Shown: in pieces, positions 39,982-50,054 of the stretch
Position numbering within the stretch: the first letter of the stretch is position 1
How the letters are laid out: each line of letters opens with the position of its first letter
Source: Candidatus Ozemobacteraceae bacterium
GTDB taxonomy: Bacteria > Muiribacteriota > Ozemobacteria > Ozemobacterales > Ozemobacteraceae
Assembly (NCBI GenBank): GCA_965140445.1
Contig: OZ223236.1
Coordinates: 1,568,001 to 1,632,000, forward strand
DNA length: 64,000 bases
Direction: 5' to 3'
Position numbers and translations under genes: made by a program
The notes under the pieces: model-generated
The model's input: only the letters and a program-made list of their open reading frames with translations
Told to the model about the DNA's origin: nothing
Databases searched by the model: none

Positions 39982-40235
39982 ATTCGGTCTATCCTTTCAA
40001 AATAGTAAGCGAAATTGTAAATGTATGACCTGTATTATAACTCTAATTTTTTTAAATGTCATACAATTGGATTTCACTGATCAATAGGTGGTTTTAGAAT
40101 GTTGTTAATGCTTGATGAAAATGTACTGATTTCAGAATCAATTATTTGTAAGTATTCATGGAATTGGTAAAAAAAGAATTAAAAATTAGTATAATTAAAG
40201 CTCTGAAAATAAAAAAAATGATCCAGGAGAAAACA

Positions 40236-41081
40236 ATGAGAAGACTAATCGGGATTTGTGTCACCTTGTTCTTTATGACGATTATTTGTTCTACTGCGCA
40301 AGCGGATTTGCAGAAGAAAATTTCTTTGGATTTCAAAGACACAGATGTAAGGCAGATATATAAAGTAATAGCTCAGACAATAGATATGGGAATCGTATGC
40401 CAGAAGTCGATAAGGGGACAGGTTACGCTTAATTTAAAAGATGTATCTGCAGAAGATGCATTGGATATGGTTTCCGATTCTTCTGGTTTTACCTGGTTTC
40501 AAAAAGGAAACACCATAGTCGTAACCTATGGCAAGATGCTTCCAGCCAAAACAAAAGTTATAAAACTTAAATACATTGGTGTGGATGATGCGATAAAAAT
40601 CTTATTTAGTGTCATAAAGAAAGACATTAAGGCCGCTTCAGATGAAGAAAATGGAACGCTGGTTATTTACGGAATTGAAGAGGTCTTGAAAAGTGCAGAA
40701 AAGATTCTTTCTGAAATTGACCAGCCACGGGAATTTGTAAAAGGAAAGATAAAAGTATTGCAAGGAAAAAAATCTCTGCATGAAATCGACTTCACAGGGA
40801 AAATAGGCGGAACCATTACAATTAAAGAAAATTTAATGGATAAAATTGAAAATGGAAAAAGCTGTGGTTCTTCTGTAGATATGGCGATTCGTCTTTTGAA
40901 AGCTACCCCAAACGGAGAATACAATTTTGCTGCTCAGATTGGATTAAACAACGCTTTGGATGGCAAAGAAGTAAATAGATTTTTTGAAGTTGAATTCAAA
41001 GCTGAAAAGGGTGGGAGTGTAGAAGTGGTAAAATCACTTGGAACTGATCCTGTCAGCGTATTAATCAGCATAGAAAAGTAG
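40236..41081 (+). CDS. protein with secretin N-terminal domains (STN/N0 plus N1) but no secretin barrel
   Basis: ISLDFKDTDVRQI, GQVTLNLKDVS.EDAL, TKVIKLKY, GTLVIYG...IDQP; probable start MRRLI (AGGAG upstream). Confidence 0.75.
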   Translation: MRRLIGICVTLFFMTIICSTAQADLQKKISLDFKDTDVRQIYKVIAQTIDMGIVCQKSIRGQVTLNLKDVSAEDALDMVSDSSGFTWFQKGNTIVVTYGKMLPAKTKVIKLKYIGVDDAIKILFSVIKKDIKAASDEENGTLVIYGIEEVLKSAEKILSEIDQPREFVKGKIKVLQGKKSLHEIDFTGKIGGTITIKENLMDKIENGKSCGSSVDMAIRLLKATPNGEYNFAAQIGLNNALDGKEVNRFFEVEFKAEKGGSVEVVKSLGTDPVSVLISIEK

Positions 41082-41088
41082 TGATTAC

Positions 41089-41132
41089 AAGAGTTCGAGA
41101 TTCAGTATCAGAATACTGGATCTCGAACTTTT
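41089..41132. terminator. long hairpin between convergent genes
   Basis: AAGAGTTCGAGATTCAGTAT-CAGA-ATACTGGATCTCGAACTTTT. Confidence 0.7.
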
Positions 41133-41153
41133 AAAGTTTAAGGAAAAGTATTT

Positions 41154-42032
41154 TTAAAGACCGGGCCATGTACGATCATTAATGAATTTTGGATAACCAG
41201 GGTCTGGATCAGCTGTTTTTATGCTGTAGCGAATATATTGGTTCCCTTTGAAAAAATAGATTTTACCTTTTCCGTTATTTACTGCGGCGTCAATTGAATC
41301 CCACAAACCTGGCCAGTTCTGGCTGATAAATTTTGGATAGCCAGATACCGCCTGATCTCTAAGCATGTCGAATTTGATGTATTGGTTCCCCTTAAAAAAA
41401 TAGGCGAACTGATTATCCCATCTTACCGCAGCATCAATATTGGTCCATAGTCCAGGCCAGGTTTTGCTATTAATGAATTTGGGGTAACCGGGCAGAAAGG
41501 CTTTTTCTGTCAGATCATATTTTGTATACATGTTTCCTTTAAACATATAAGCATACCCATTGTACCAACTAACCGCAGCATCAATCTTGTTGTTCCATAA
41601 CCCTCTCCAATAGCGGCTGATAAACGTAGGGTAATTTTGGTCTACTCTATCTCTTGCCACATCGAATCTTGAGTAGATGTCATTCATGAAAAAATACAAC
41701 TTTCCGCGTCGATCTGTGAAAGAAGAGTCTATTTTCCCAATCATGCCAAACCCTTGCTGTGGAACAAAACCACTGGCGGGAGGAAATGGCTGCTGATAGC
41801 CCCTTTGGGGGCCTTGAGGAGAATAACCAGGTTGGGGCGTTGGTGAGGGCTGAGGCGCTGGGTTAGACTTCTTATCTTCGCCAACTAAATCACCAAATAA
41901 TTTATCAATAGCTTTATTTAGCTTTTTTTCTATCTTAGACTCGGCTTTTGCCTGAAGTGGGAAAGAGATTATAATGGCTGCCAGGATTGCAAAAAAAACT
42001 TGAGACTTTTTTTTCATTGATTTCTCCATCAC
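41154..42032 (-). CDS. secreted hemopexin-repeat protein
   Basis: Signal peptide, P/Q-rich linker, four repeats of IDAA...YFFKG.QY..Y/F...GYPKFI...WPGL. Confidence 0.88.
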   Translation of the reverse strand: MMEKSMKKKSQVFFAILAAIIISFPLQAKAESKIEKKLNKAIDKLFGDLVGEDKKSNPAPQPSPTPQPGYSPQGPQRGYQQPFPPASGFVPQQGFGMIGKIDSSFTDRRGKLYFFMNDIYSRFDVARDRVDQNYPTFISRYWRGLWNNKIDAAVSWYNGYAYMFKGNMYTKYDLTEKAFLPGYPKFINSKTWPGLWTNIDAAVRWDNQFAYFFKGNQYIKFDMLRDQAVSGYPKFISQNWPGLWDSIDAAVNNGKGKIYFFKGNQYIRYSIKTADPDPGYPKFINDRTWPGL

Positions 42033-42226
42033 AAACGAAGTTTAAAATATGAAAAAGATCATGTTGGATCTTCGTTTAGACTAAATGTTAGCACAAATTT
42101 TCATTTGCTGTCAGACTGTTGCCCATCATGCTGAAGCTCTGTATTTGATTTCTTCAAAATTTTCAAAAATTGATTTGATCAGCATAAGTTGCTATTCTGT
42201 CATTAGAAAGACAACGGGGATAGATT

Positions 42227-43411
42227 GTGGAACCAGATTTTAAGCCAACTTCAATATATGCTTCATTTGATACTTTTCCAGCTGCTAAGGGTGCTGCTGT
42301 TCATATCAGAGAGTTTTCACAAACCCTTTTTAACTTTGCTGGAAATGGTTTGCTGCTTTCACTTGGATCAGATTTGCTGCCTTCATGGCAAATTGAAGGC
42401 AATATTGAGGTTCGAAGGCTTGTTTCAGAGGAACCCAATTTTCTAAAAAGAACTATCGAGTTTTCCAGTTTTGTTTTTGAGCACGGCTATATGCTTCGAG
42501 AGAATCTGAAAATTGGTCAGTTTAGAGATCCATGGTCTGGAATTCCCCTTTTGGATATTGAAGAAAGGAATTTTCCGCTTATATATGAAGTTAATGGACT
42601 TCCTTCGATTGAGTTGCCCTCACGTTATCCTGGAATAGCTCCGGGCACTTTAGAAAAAATCAGACAAGTGGAAAAGCGTTGTTGGAATGAGGCGGACAGT
42701 ATTGTTTGTCCTTCTGATGTTATAAAAAACTGCCTTATAGATTTGGGCGCAGAAAGTAATAAAATTAATGTAATCAGAAATGGTGCTCATAAACCAGGAA
42801 TAGGGCCGATGCTTTTACCTGATGACCAGCCTGATAACTATTTGATTTACTTTGGAGCTGTGCAGCCATGGCAGGGCGTTGAGACCATTTTTAAAACATT
42901 GAAGTATTTGAAAGATTTTTCTGATTTGAAGGTCGTTTTATGTGTTTCTGGAAGTAAGCCAAGGCTGAAATATCTCAGAAAGCTGGCTGAGAGGATGGAG
43001 GTTTCAGACAGATTAATCTGGAAATACAAAATTAGCCAGGAAGAGCTTATGCCGTGGATTATGGGGGCAAGAATTTCTCTGGCACCACTTGTTGAATGCT
43101 CCAGAAACCTTGTTCAAGGCTGTTGCCCAATGAAAATTATTGAGTCGATGGCTTTAAGTGTTCCCGTAATCGCCAGCGATATTCCAGTAGTTCGTGAGCT
43201 TGTAGAACATAGTAAAACGGGATGGCTTGTTCGCCCGGATAGGCCTGCTGAACTGGCTAGAGCTATTCGAATTTTGCTGACCAATTCGACTTTGGCCAAA
43301 GAGATTGGGAACAACGGAAAAATCAAATTCGAAAACTTTTTCACCTGGGACCAGGCGAAAGAAAATTTAAAAGATGTTTATCGAGCAACTTTGAATGATT
43401 TTAAAAAATAA
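42227..43411 (+). CDS. glycosyltransferase family 4
   Basis: YEVNGLPS, YFGAVQPWQG, PMKIIESMA..VPVIASD. Confidence 0.88.
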   Translation: MEPDFKPTSIYASFDTFPAAKGAAVHIREFSQTLFNFAGNGLLLSLGSDLLPSWQIEGNIEVRRLVSEEPNFLKRTIEFSSFVFEHGYMLRENLKIGQFRDPWSGIPLLDIEERNFPLIYEVNGLPSIELPSRYPGIAPGTLEKIRQVEKRCWNEADSIVCPSDVIKNCLIDLGAESNKINVIRNGAHKPGIGPMLLPDDQPDNYLIYFGAVQPWQGVETIFKTLKYLKDFSDLKVVLCVSGSKPRLKYLRKLAERMEVSDRLIWKYKISQEELMPWIMGARISLAPLVECSRNLVQGCCPMKIIESMALSVPVIASDIPVVRELVEHSKTGWLVRPDRPAELARAIRILLTNSTLAKEIGNNGKIKFENFFTWDQAKENLKDVYRATLNDFKK

Positions 43412-43446
43412 AGTAAGCTATTAATGAATAAATTAGTGGGGGGTAT

Positions 43447-44346
43447 ATGAAACTAGTTTCTGCAATAAAAAAATATTCTGCTCTTAATGCGGCGCAGAAA
43501 GAGTTTATTAAGAATGGCCGAAGAATTTTCCTGATGAAACCAGATGAGCTGATTCGATTTATTAGTCCATTGGCAGCTTTTGATGCGGATTGTGATCGTG
43601 CCAGAACTCATTGTGGATGGGCCATGGCTTTATCCGCAATCTTTTTGATTGTAGCTTTGATAGCAAGTGGCAATAGGGTTGAGATCCCATTTATTGGAGC
43701 TATTTCTGGATTTTTTGGAGTTCTTTTTGTTGTTTTTCTTGGTTTTTATCTCTACATGCGAAGCATAAACATTCATAACAATCTTCGTGATTTTATTGTT
43801 CCAGTTGTTAATACAATTGGCCAGGATATGGCTCCAAATGCGAAAATGAAGTTAAAAGTTGATCTGCGCGGCGGGACAATTCCGGAAAAGCAAACCAGGG
43901 TTTTAGGCGGTGATAATGGCTGGTTTGCATCCTATCCCAGAATTACGATCACTTATTATAAAGATCCATGGATCGAAGGCACGGCAGAAATGTTTGATGG
44001 ATCAATTGTTACTTTTTCTGTGGTAGATACGATTGTTTCTAAAACAGTTGTGAAGAAAAACTTTCGAGGAAAAGTTAAAACCAAACATAAGAGCAAAACC
44101 AAACATCAAATTAGAGTAAGCGTAGCATTAAAAAATAAAAGCTATTCAGCTCCAGAAGCGTCCGTTCTAGGCCGTGCTGGCGATAGAGTCAAGCAAAAGG
44201 CAGGCGAGAAAAGAAATGTTGTTGCTCTTACAAGAGTTGAAAGAAGCAGTGGCGGCGAAGAGTCTCTGGATTCATCATCAGTGCTTGCAATGCTTGGTAG
44301 AATTTTAATGAGCGTCAGACCTGCCGCTGATGGAGGAAAAGCATAA
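43447..44346 (+). CDS. 2-TM membrane protein with basic C-terminal domain
   Basis: Two hydrophobic helices and a Lys-rich beta hairpin. Confidence 0.7.
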   Translation: MKLVSAIKKYSALNAAQKEFIKNGRRIFLMKPDELIRFISPLAAFDADCDRARTHCGWAMALSAIFLIVALIASGNRVEIPFIGAISGFFGVLFVVFLGFYLYMRSINIHNNLRDFIVPVVNTIGQDMAPNAKMKLKVDLRGGTIPEKQTRVLGGDNGWFASYPRITITYYKDPWIEGTAEMFDGSIVTFSVVDTIVSKTVVKKNFRGKVKTKHKSKTKHQIRVSVALKNKSYSAPEASVLGRAGDRVKQKAGEKRNVVALTRVERSSGGEESLDSSSVLAMLGRILMSVRPAADGGKA

Positions 44347-44768
44347 TGGTAAAATGTCAGTTAAAACAAGGCTTTTTCATTTTGAGAGACTGTGAAGAAA
44401 TGGCTATGGTTACATGCCCTGTTTGCAAAAGGAAAGTCTGTAAAAAGCACTCGAAAATTGCAAAAGGAAGCGGAACTCCTACTTGTCTGGATTGTCTAGG
44501 CAAAAAAATGCAACAAAGAAAAAGAGAAAGTATCCGGGACGATGAGTGGGATGATTACTACTATGATTCCAGCTGGTCATACGGATACAGATCCCGATAT
44601 TACAGTAACTGCCGATATAGACCCTGGTATTACGGTGGAAGCAGCTTCCACGATCCATACTACAATTCATATGACGTGAGATCATTGGACAATCGAAATG
44701 ATGATGGCGGAGAATTGATGGATTCGGGCGAAGATTATCAGGCAGAGGCGGATATCTTTGACAGCTGA
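44346..44768 (+). CDS. Cys-rich zinc-finger protein with Tyr/Asp-rich tail
   Basis: C..C, CPVC...C..H, CLDC; TAATG coupling to the upstream gene. Confidence 0.7.
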   Translation: MVKCQLKQGFFILRDCEEMAMVTCPVCKRKVCKKHSKIAKGSGTPTCLDCLGKKMQQRKRESIRDDEWDDYYYDSSWSYGYRSRYYSNCRYRPWYYGGSSFHDPYYNSYDVRSLDNRNDDGGELMDSGEDYQAEADIFDS

Positions 44769-45912
44769 GACCTCCAAAAAAAGAAAGGTTCTGTGGCTTA
44801 CGGATAATTTCCCCCCTCGCAGGGGCGGAATGGCACAGGCCTGTGATCGTATAGTTTCCAACCTTCGTGGGGCTGGTTTTAATATTGATATTGTTAGCTT
44901 TCTGAATGGTGTTTCTAACACCAGAATTGTTCAGCAGCAAAATGGAAAATTAATCATTCACCCTGCTATCGAAGGAAGTGGTCACACCTTAAACTGCCTT
45001 TGGAATCTGCTTACTGGTCCCGGATTTTCAGCCGATTATTCACACATTGTAGCTTTTGGAGGATATCTACCAACTTTAGCTTTACCTGTGTTTAAAGAAT
45101 GGCTTTCAGCAAAGTCGGTTATGATGCTGAGAGGCAATGATTTTGATCTTGGGATTTTTTCACCGGCAAGAAGACATGTTTTGTTTGACGCATTTAGATC
45201 TTCTGATGCGGTATGTGTTTTAAGTTCGGATCAAGAAAACAAGCTTAAAAAGCTGGTTCCTGGCGTTAATATTGTAAAAATTCCTAACGGAATTGATTTA
45301 AATGGTTGGGTTCCAGATCAGATTGAACTGGAAAATGCCGCAAACTGGCGAAAAGAAAATGTTGAGCCCGCCAGAAAAGTTATAGGCATGATTGGTCAGT
45401 TCAAGTCAAAAAAAGGTGGCGTCTTTTTTCTGAAGAATCTTCTAGCAGCCAATCTTGGAGATAGATTTCATATCCTGATTGTTGGTGATGTGGAAGAAGA
45501 AATGCAGCAGTGGCTGGAGGAACAGTCTGATGAATTAAGTTTCACCCAAATTCCATTTATGGACCGGTGGGAGCTTCTTTCATGGTATCCAGCCTGTGAT
45601 TTTATTGCCTTGCCTTCGTTCTATGACGGTATGCCGAATGTATTAATAGAGGCTGCCGGGATCGGGATTCCAATTATTGCTGCTAAAGCTGGAGGAATCG
45701 GCGATATCCTTGAAGGGGTTGCTGAGGATTTTTGCTTTCACCCAGGTGACAGGCATGGTTGCAGGGAAGCTCTCTGGAAAGCAGCAGAGCAGGACGAGTC
45801 TTCCAAAAATAAGATGGGAGAAGCCTTAAAACGGCATATTTCAGAGAAATTCAGTTCTGAGATTGAAGCTGAAAACTATGCAAAACTTTTTGATGAACTT
45901 ATAAATATCTAG
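44758..45912 (+). CDS. glycosyltransferase family 4
   Basis: FPPRRGGM, RGND, IPNGID, PSFYDGMPNVLIEA. Confidence 0.88.
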   Translation: MTAETSKKRKVLWLTDNFPPRRGGMAQACDRIVSNLRGAGFNIDIVSFLNGVSNTRIVQQQNGKLIIHPAIEGSGHTLNCLWNLLTGPGFSADYSHIVAFGGYLPTLALPVFKEWLSAKSVMMLRGNDFDLGIFSPARRHVLFDAFRSSDAVCVLSSDQENKLKKLVPGVNIVKIPNGIDLNGWVPDQIELENAANWRKENVEPARKVIGMIGQFKSKKGGVFFLKNLLAANLGDRFHILIVGDVEEEMQQWLEEQSDELSFTQIPFMDRWELLSWYPACDFIALPSFYDGMPNVLIEAAGIGIPIIAAKAGGIGDILEGVAEDFCFHPGDRHGCREALWKAAEQDESSKNKMGEALKRHISEKFSSEIEAENYAKLFDELINI

Positions 45913-45921
45913 GAGGATACG

Positions 45922-46626
45922 GTGAATAAAATTAGTATTAGAAGCATTCTTGGTGTGCTTTTTGTTGTTTTTGGACTTTTGCTGACCGGCTGTGGTGATA
46001 AAAAGGACAGTAAGCCTGCTGATTCCGCTTCGACAGGGAAAGCTGCAGTTGCCCCAAGTCAAAAGGATAGCTCGGCTGATAGCTATAATGAAAAAATTAA
46101 ATTTAAAACCCCAGATGAAAAAGAAGCTCTTGTTATCAAGTTATACTCTGATAGAACTAAGATTGAGCTTGATTATGATGGAGTTAAGAAGGTTTTAAAG
46201 GGTAGCAAAAAGGCCAGTGGAAAATCCAAATACAAAGACGAACAGAGTGGTGAGCTGGTTGCCGAAATTAAATATAAAGATGATGGGTTCAAACTTCGCG
46301 ACTCATCAGCAAAGCTGCTTTGGAAGATCAAACTCAAAGATGGAAAAATCAAAATCAGTGATAACGAAGAGGGCAATAACCCTTATGAAATTAAATTTAA
46401 AGATACTGAAAAAGCCAAAGTTATGGATCAGGGTGGCACTCAGTTAGGTAAAGTGACTTTTAAAACTGATACTGGCAAGACTAAGGTTAAGGATTCTTCC
46501 GAGAATGAAAAAATGGCTTGTAAAGCCGGGAAACCTCTTTTTTCGGCGGGAGCAATTTTATTCGAAAAAATTCCTGTCCTGCATAGAGCTATTATCATCG
46601 GAGAGCTTGTTCAGCTAGGAAAATAG
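45922..46626 (+). CDS. Lys-rich lipoprotein
   Basis: Lipobox LTG|C; repeated short beta-hairpin units. Confidence 0.75.
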   Translation: MNKISIRSILGVLFVVFGLLLTGCGDKKDSKPADSASTGKAAVAPSQKDSSADSYNEKIKFKTPDEKEALVIKLYSDRTKIELDYDGVKKVLKGSKKASGKSKYKDEQSGELVAEIKYKDDGFKLRDSSAKLLWKIKLKDGKIKISDNEEGNNPYEIKFKDTEKAKVMDQGGTQLGKVTFKTDTGKTKVKDSSENEKMACKAGKPLFSAGAILFEKIPVLHRAIIIGELVQLGK

Positions 46627-46627
46627 A

Positions 46628-47473
46628 ATGGATTTGTATTATTGTATGGGCGGAGGACTTGGTCATTTAACCAGGTTCTCCGCCTTTTGCTATACCACTG
46701 GAAGCAAGCCTGCTATTTTAACGGCTTCTCCATTTGTTAATGACCCAAGAATTGTTTCTCCAGAAATTGAAAAAATAACCCCGGAAGGCGACGTTAATAA
46801 TTTTGAGTCTTTGCAATCATGGGTGTTGGAACAAATTTTAAGGATAAAACCTGAAAGGCTTTATATTGATGCTTTTCCTGGGGGAATTCTTGGGGAGCTA
46901 AGTTCTGAAAACTCTTTATTTAAATCCTGGGCAGAAAATACTGACACCAGGATTATTTACCTGGCACGAATTCTAAATTGGAACAAGTATCTGAAGCGCT
47001 TAAAAGGGACTTTGCCAAAAATTAATGAAATTCTGGTATTAGAGGAATTGTATCCAGACCACATGGAGTTTTTGCAAAACCTGAATTGCTCTATACGAAC
47101 ATTTGATCTTGAATATAAGCCAGTTGAATTTGACTGCAATTTCGAAATTCCCGGCAAATTCTGGCTGATTGCCCATTCTGGAGCCAATGAAGAGTTGGAA
47201 AATCTTTGGTGCTACGCCTGTGAAACAGCTGAATTAATGGGGGTTGAGCCAAAGTTTATTTTTGTTTCTCCTGGAGCAAGACCAGATTTTTTGCCGGAGA
47301 AAGTGATTTTTGTGGATTATTATCCTGCAGAAAGCTTGTTTGGAAGAGCGGATATGGTTTTTACCGGGGGTGGATTTAACTCGGTTTTACAGATGAAGGA
47401 TTGTTGTGAAAAACACAGAGCTCTTCCTTTCGAAAGAGCTCTGGATGATCAATTTTTTAGAATTAAAAAGTAG
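46628..47473 (+). CDS. GT-B fold glycosyltransferase-like protein
   Basis: GGGLGHLTR, IDAFP.G, ADMVFTGGGFNS, DDQ..R. Confidence 0.7.
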   Translation: MDLYYCMGGGLGHLTRFSAFCYTTGSKPAILTASPFVNDPRIVSPEIEKITPEGDVNNFESLQSWVLEQILRIKPERLYIDAFPGGILGELSSENSLFKSWAENTDTRIIYLARILNWNKYLKRLKGTLPKINEILVLEELYPDHMEFLQNLNCSIRTFDLEYKPVEFDCNFEIPGKFWLIAHSGANEELENLWCYACETAELMGVEPKFIFVSPGARPDFLPEKVIFVDYYPAESLFGRADMVFTGGGFNSVLQMKDCCEKHRALPFERALDDQFFRIKK

Positions 47474-47487
47474 TATTATGCTTGAGG

Positions 47488-50043
47488 CTAGCGATTCGTT
47501 AAATCCTCTGCAATCTGATTTATTGCTGCAATAATTTCGTCGTATTGCTTTGCGGAGTTTTCACCAAGAATTTCTTCTTCCAGTTCACCTTCAACTTCTT
47601 CGCCGTTTAAAGGGAAGTCAGTAATGTTTATCAGGGTGTAAAAGTTAACCGGATTAGAAGAATTCGCTATAAGTTTGGCTATGTAATAAATTTCGCAATC
47701 CACTGAATCCGCGCCATTTTTTAGCATTCTTTTTACATGGGGTTTGGTTTCGCAAAGGGGCGTAAGAACAGAAGCATGCCTGACTCTCCTGCAATCCTGT
47801 GCTATCGGAAGATCTTCTGCCAGATTATCGATCGGCAGGAAGGTTGAATCGTCTTTGCCATCTGGCGCGGCATAATATGAAAGGATTGGAGCGACCCATG
47901 AAAACCTTTTGAGCTTATGGTCTATGCCTCCACCAGTTCCAAGTAGAACAATGTTTTTCAAGCCTTTTTCTCTAACTAGAATTTCTGCAAGATTTGCTGG
48001 AAGTGATCCGAAGTTAGCACCAAAAGCTGACATGGCTATTACTAACTTTGGCTCTTTATCCGGCTTTTGAAGATAGCCAGAAAACAAAGAAAGATCGCCT
48101 ATTCTATGGAATTTAATATCGGTAATTTTCTTTTTTAAGGGATTTATAAAACCTACGAAAAACGCATCAACAGATGACGGCAGTTCTTTTACAAAGTTTA
48201 AAAATTCAGGTTTTGAAGGGAAATCCTTTTTATTGGGGTTTCTCAGCACAAAAACGCTTTCGGGGTGGTTCTCGCCAACATTGCGTCTGAGAATGTAGCC
48301 CCTTGCCTGATGATTCAGTAACTGCTCATCTGAATAAAATCCGTAATGGGCAACGATTAATCTTCCGTCATGGTCATTAAAGCCAATGATTGTTCTTTTC
48401 CGACGGGAAAAGCCCGGCCCATTCACCTGAAACAGTCTTGTATACCCCATTTTCTGTAACAGCGCCCTGGTTTGCCCGTGGTCTGCGGCAAAGAATCCAA
48501 ATGCTGTTTTGGGATTAAGATAGAAATTTTCAAATTCTTCTCCAATTTGAAACCTTAAATATCCTTGCAGATCTCTAAATCCGTGCGGAGCTTTTCTATT
48601 GATTTGAAGTATTTCTCTGGAATAGCCCTTTGTTAATTTGCCTTCTAACTGACCTATAAGTTGGACTATTTCTTTTTCTGACAAGTTTTCAAGTGGAAGT
48701 AGCGTAATGTTTCCAAAGTTAAAATAGGTACGATAGAAATATGCAAAACTCTTTTTCAGCTTCTCTCTGGGCAAGAGGCCTATATTAATTTCTGTATCAA
48801 TAAATCCCATTATCATATCTTCGAAATTGTCATCTGGCTTTAGAAGCTTTTGTGTGGAAGGTCTGAGAAAATCGTCTTTGCGTCTTAAGAGGGTTTTGGC
48901 TTCTGTTGAGTCCGCCGGGAATTCGCTGGCAAGCATCTCAAACAGAACCCGGTAAGAATAGCTTCTAATAGCATTTTCGGCTTGCTTAAGTAGTGATAAC
49001 GTTTCTTTGGGTGGCTCGGGTTGGAAACCGGGAAAATAGAATTTTGCAAAAATGTCTTTTCTGGAAAACTCTGGATTCAAAAGAATCTTTGCTTCCTCAT
49101 TCAAGCCAAGCTTGTTTAAAAATTCATCAACATTCAAATATTTTAAACCTTCTCGCATCGAATCCATATCATCGGCTTGAGTAACCGTTCTGAAAAGATC
49201 CATTACCATCATATCTACTGGATAATATTTGGTTAGTCTGTGTCTCCAGTCGTTGTGAAGGAACCTTACGTCTTCTCTTGAAGGCTTTAATAACGTGGGA
49301 AAAATAACCAGACTTCCACTGGAAAGATCATTTTTGCAGGCTTTTGCTGCCGCAAAAATCTTTTGCGCATATTTATTATTTTTATCTGAATAAAAAGCCA
49401 GAGAATCTCTTAAAAGCTTAATGGTAGCAGGATCTCTTTTAAAACTGTGGAGACGAACCATGTCTCTAATAAAGCGGCCAAGGTTCTGCACTTCTATTCT
49501 TTCGCGGTCAAGCGGATAATAGCGGAAAATTCTGTTTCTCAGATCTTTACATCCGTAACCGGTTGGGTCCATAATTGTGCCGTTAGATAAAACTCCTACT
49601 TTGGTTGCCGTTATTCCTTCATTGTGATAGAGCTTTTTCCTGGCATTTTCTTCTTCCATGTTGGCAAGATCAAAATGAAAATCCGGGGTTGGCATTTTTC
49701 CATAATTCTCGTTGTTGAATTTTATTATTTCGTCTCTAAATGCTGGAAAATTTGGCTCTGAGCTATTGAAGATCATATCGCAATCAGAGATAATCGAAAA
49801 TTTTCGTTTAAGGTAAAGGTCTCTGACAGTTCCTCCATAAACCCCAAAAGTTGCATGGTGCTTCTCTGCAATATTTGCCAGCTTTTTCAATGGAGGGAGA
49901 TGTTTTGATATTTTTTCAAAGGCAAAATCACTGTTATTTCCGGCAAAAGCTGGTGAAAAACAGCTGATAACAATAAATACAGCTATTTGTAGGATGCTTG
50001 CTCTAAAGAAGCGTAAATTGGTTTTTTTCATGATCTTCTCCAT
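47488..50043 (-). CDS. signal peptide + class II (CCA/poly(A) polymerase-like) nucleotidyltransferase + C-terminal nucleoside phosphorylase-like domain
   Basis: AFA|G signal; VYGGTVRDLYL-x8-DCD; DPTGYG.KDL...IFR; C-terminal LLGTGGG, VLTPLCET, ADSVDCE, ITDFP. Confidence 0.65.
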   Translation of the reverse strand: MEKIMKKTNLRFFRASILQIAVFIVISCFSPAFAGNNSDFAFEKISKHLPPLKKLANIAEKHHATFGVYGGTVRDLYLKRKFSIISDCDMIFNSSEPNFPAFRDEIIKFNNENYGKMPTPDFHFDLANMEEENARKKLYHNEGITATKVGVLSNGTIMDPTGYGCKDLRNRIFRYYPLDRERIEVQNLGRFIRDMVRLHSFKRDPATIKLLRDSLAFYSDKNNKYAQKIFAAAKACKNDLSSGSLVIFPTLLKPSREDVRFLHNDWRHRLTKYYPVDMMVMDLFRTVTQADDMDSMREGLKYLNVDEFLNKLGLNEEAKILLNPEFSRKDIFAKFYFPGFQPEPPKETLSLLKQAENAIRSYSYRVLFEMLASEFPADSTEAKTLLRRKDDFLRPSTQKLLKPDDNFEDMIMGFIDTEINIGLLPREKLKKSFAYFYRTYFNFGNITLLPLENLSEKEIVQLIGQLEGKLTKGYSREILQINRKAPHGFRDLQGYLRFQIGEEFENFYLNPKTAFGFFAADHGQTRALLQKMGYTRLFQVNGPGFSRRKRTIIGFNDHDGRLIVAHYGFYSDEQLLNHQARGYILRRNVGENHPESVFVLRNPNKKDFPSKPEFLNFVKELPSSVDAFFVGFINPLKKKITDIKFHRIGDLSLFSGYLQKPDKEPKLVIAMSAFGANFGSLPANLAEILVREKGLKNIVLLGTGGGIDHKLKRFSWVAPILSYYAAPDGKDDSTFLPIDNLAEDLPIAQDCRRVRHASVLTPLCETKPHVKRMLKNGADSVDCEIYYIAKLIANSSNPVNFYTLINITDFPLNGEEVEGELEEEILGENSAKQYDEIIAAINQIAEDLTNR

Positions 50044-50054
50044 CTGGGAACGTT

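Noticed and set aside
47488..50043. Calling this gene cca or pcnB
   Set aside because: The signal peptide, missing template motifs and C-terminal phosphorylase-like domain are inconsistent with either housekeeping enzyme.
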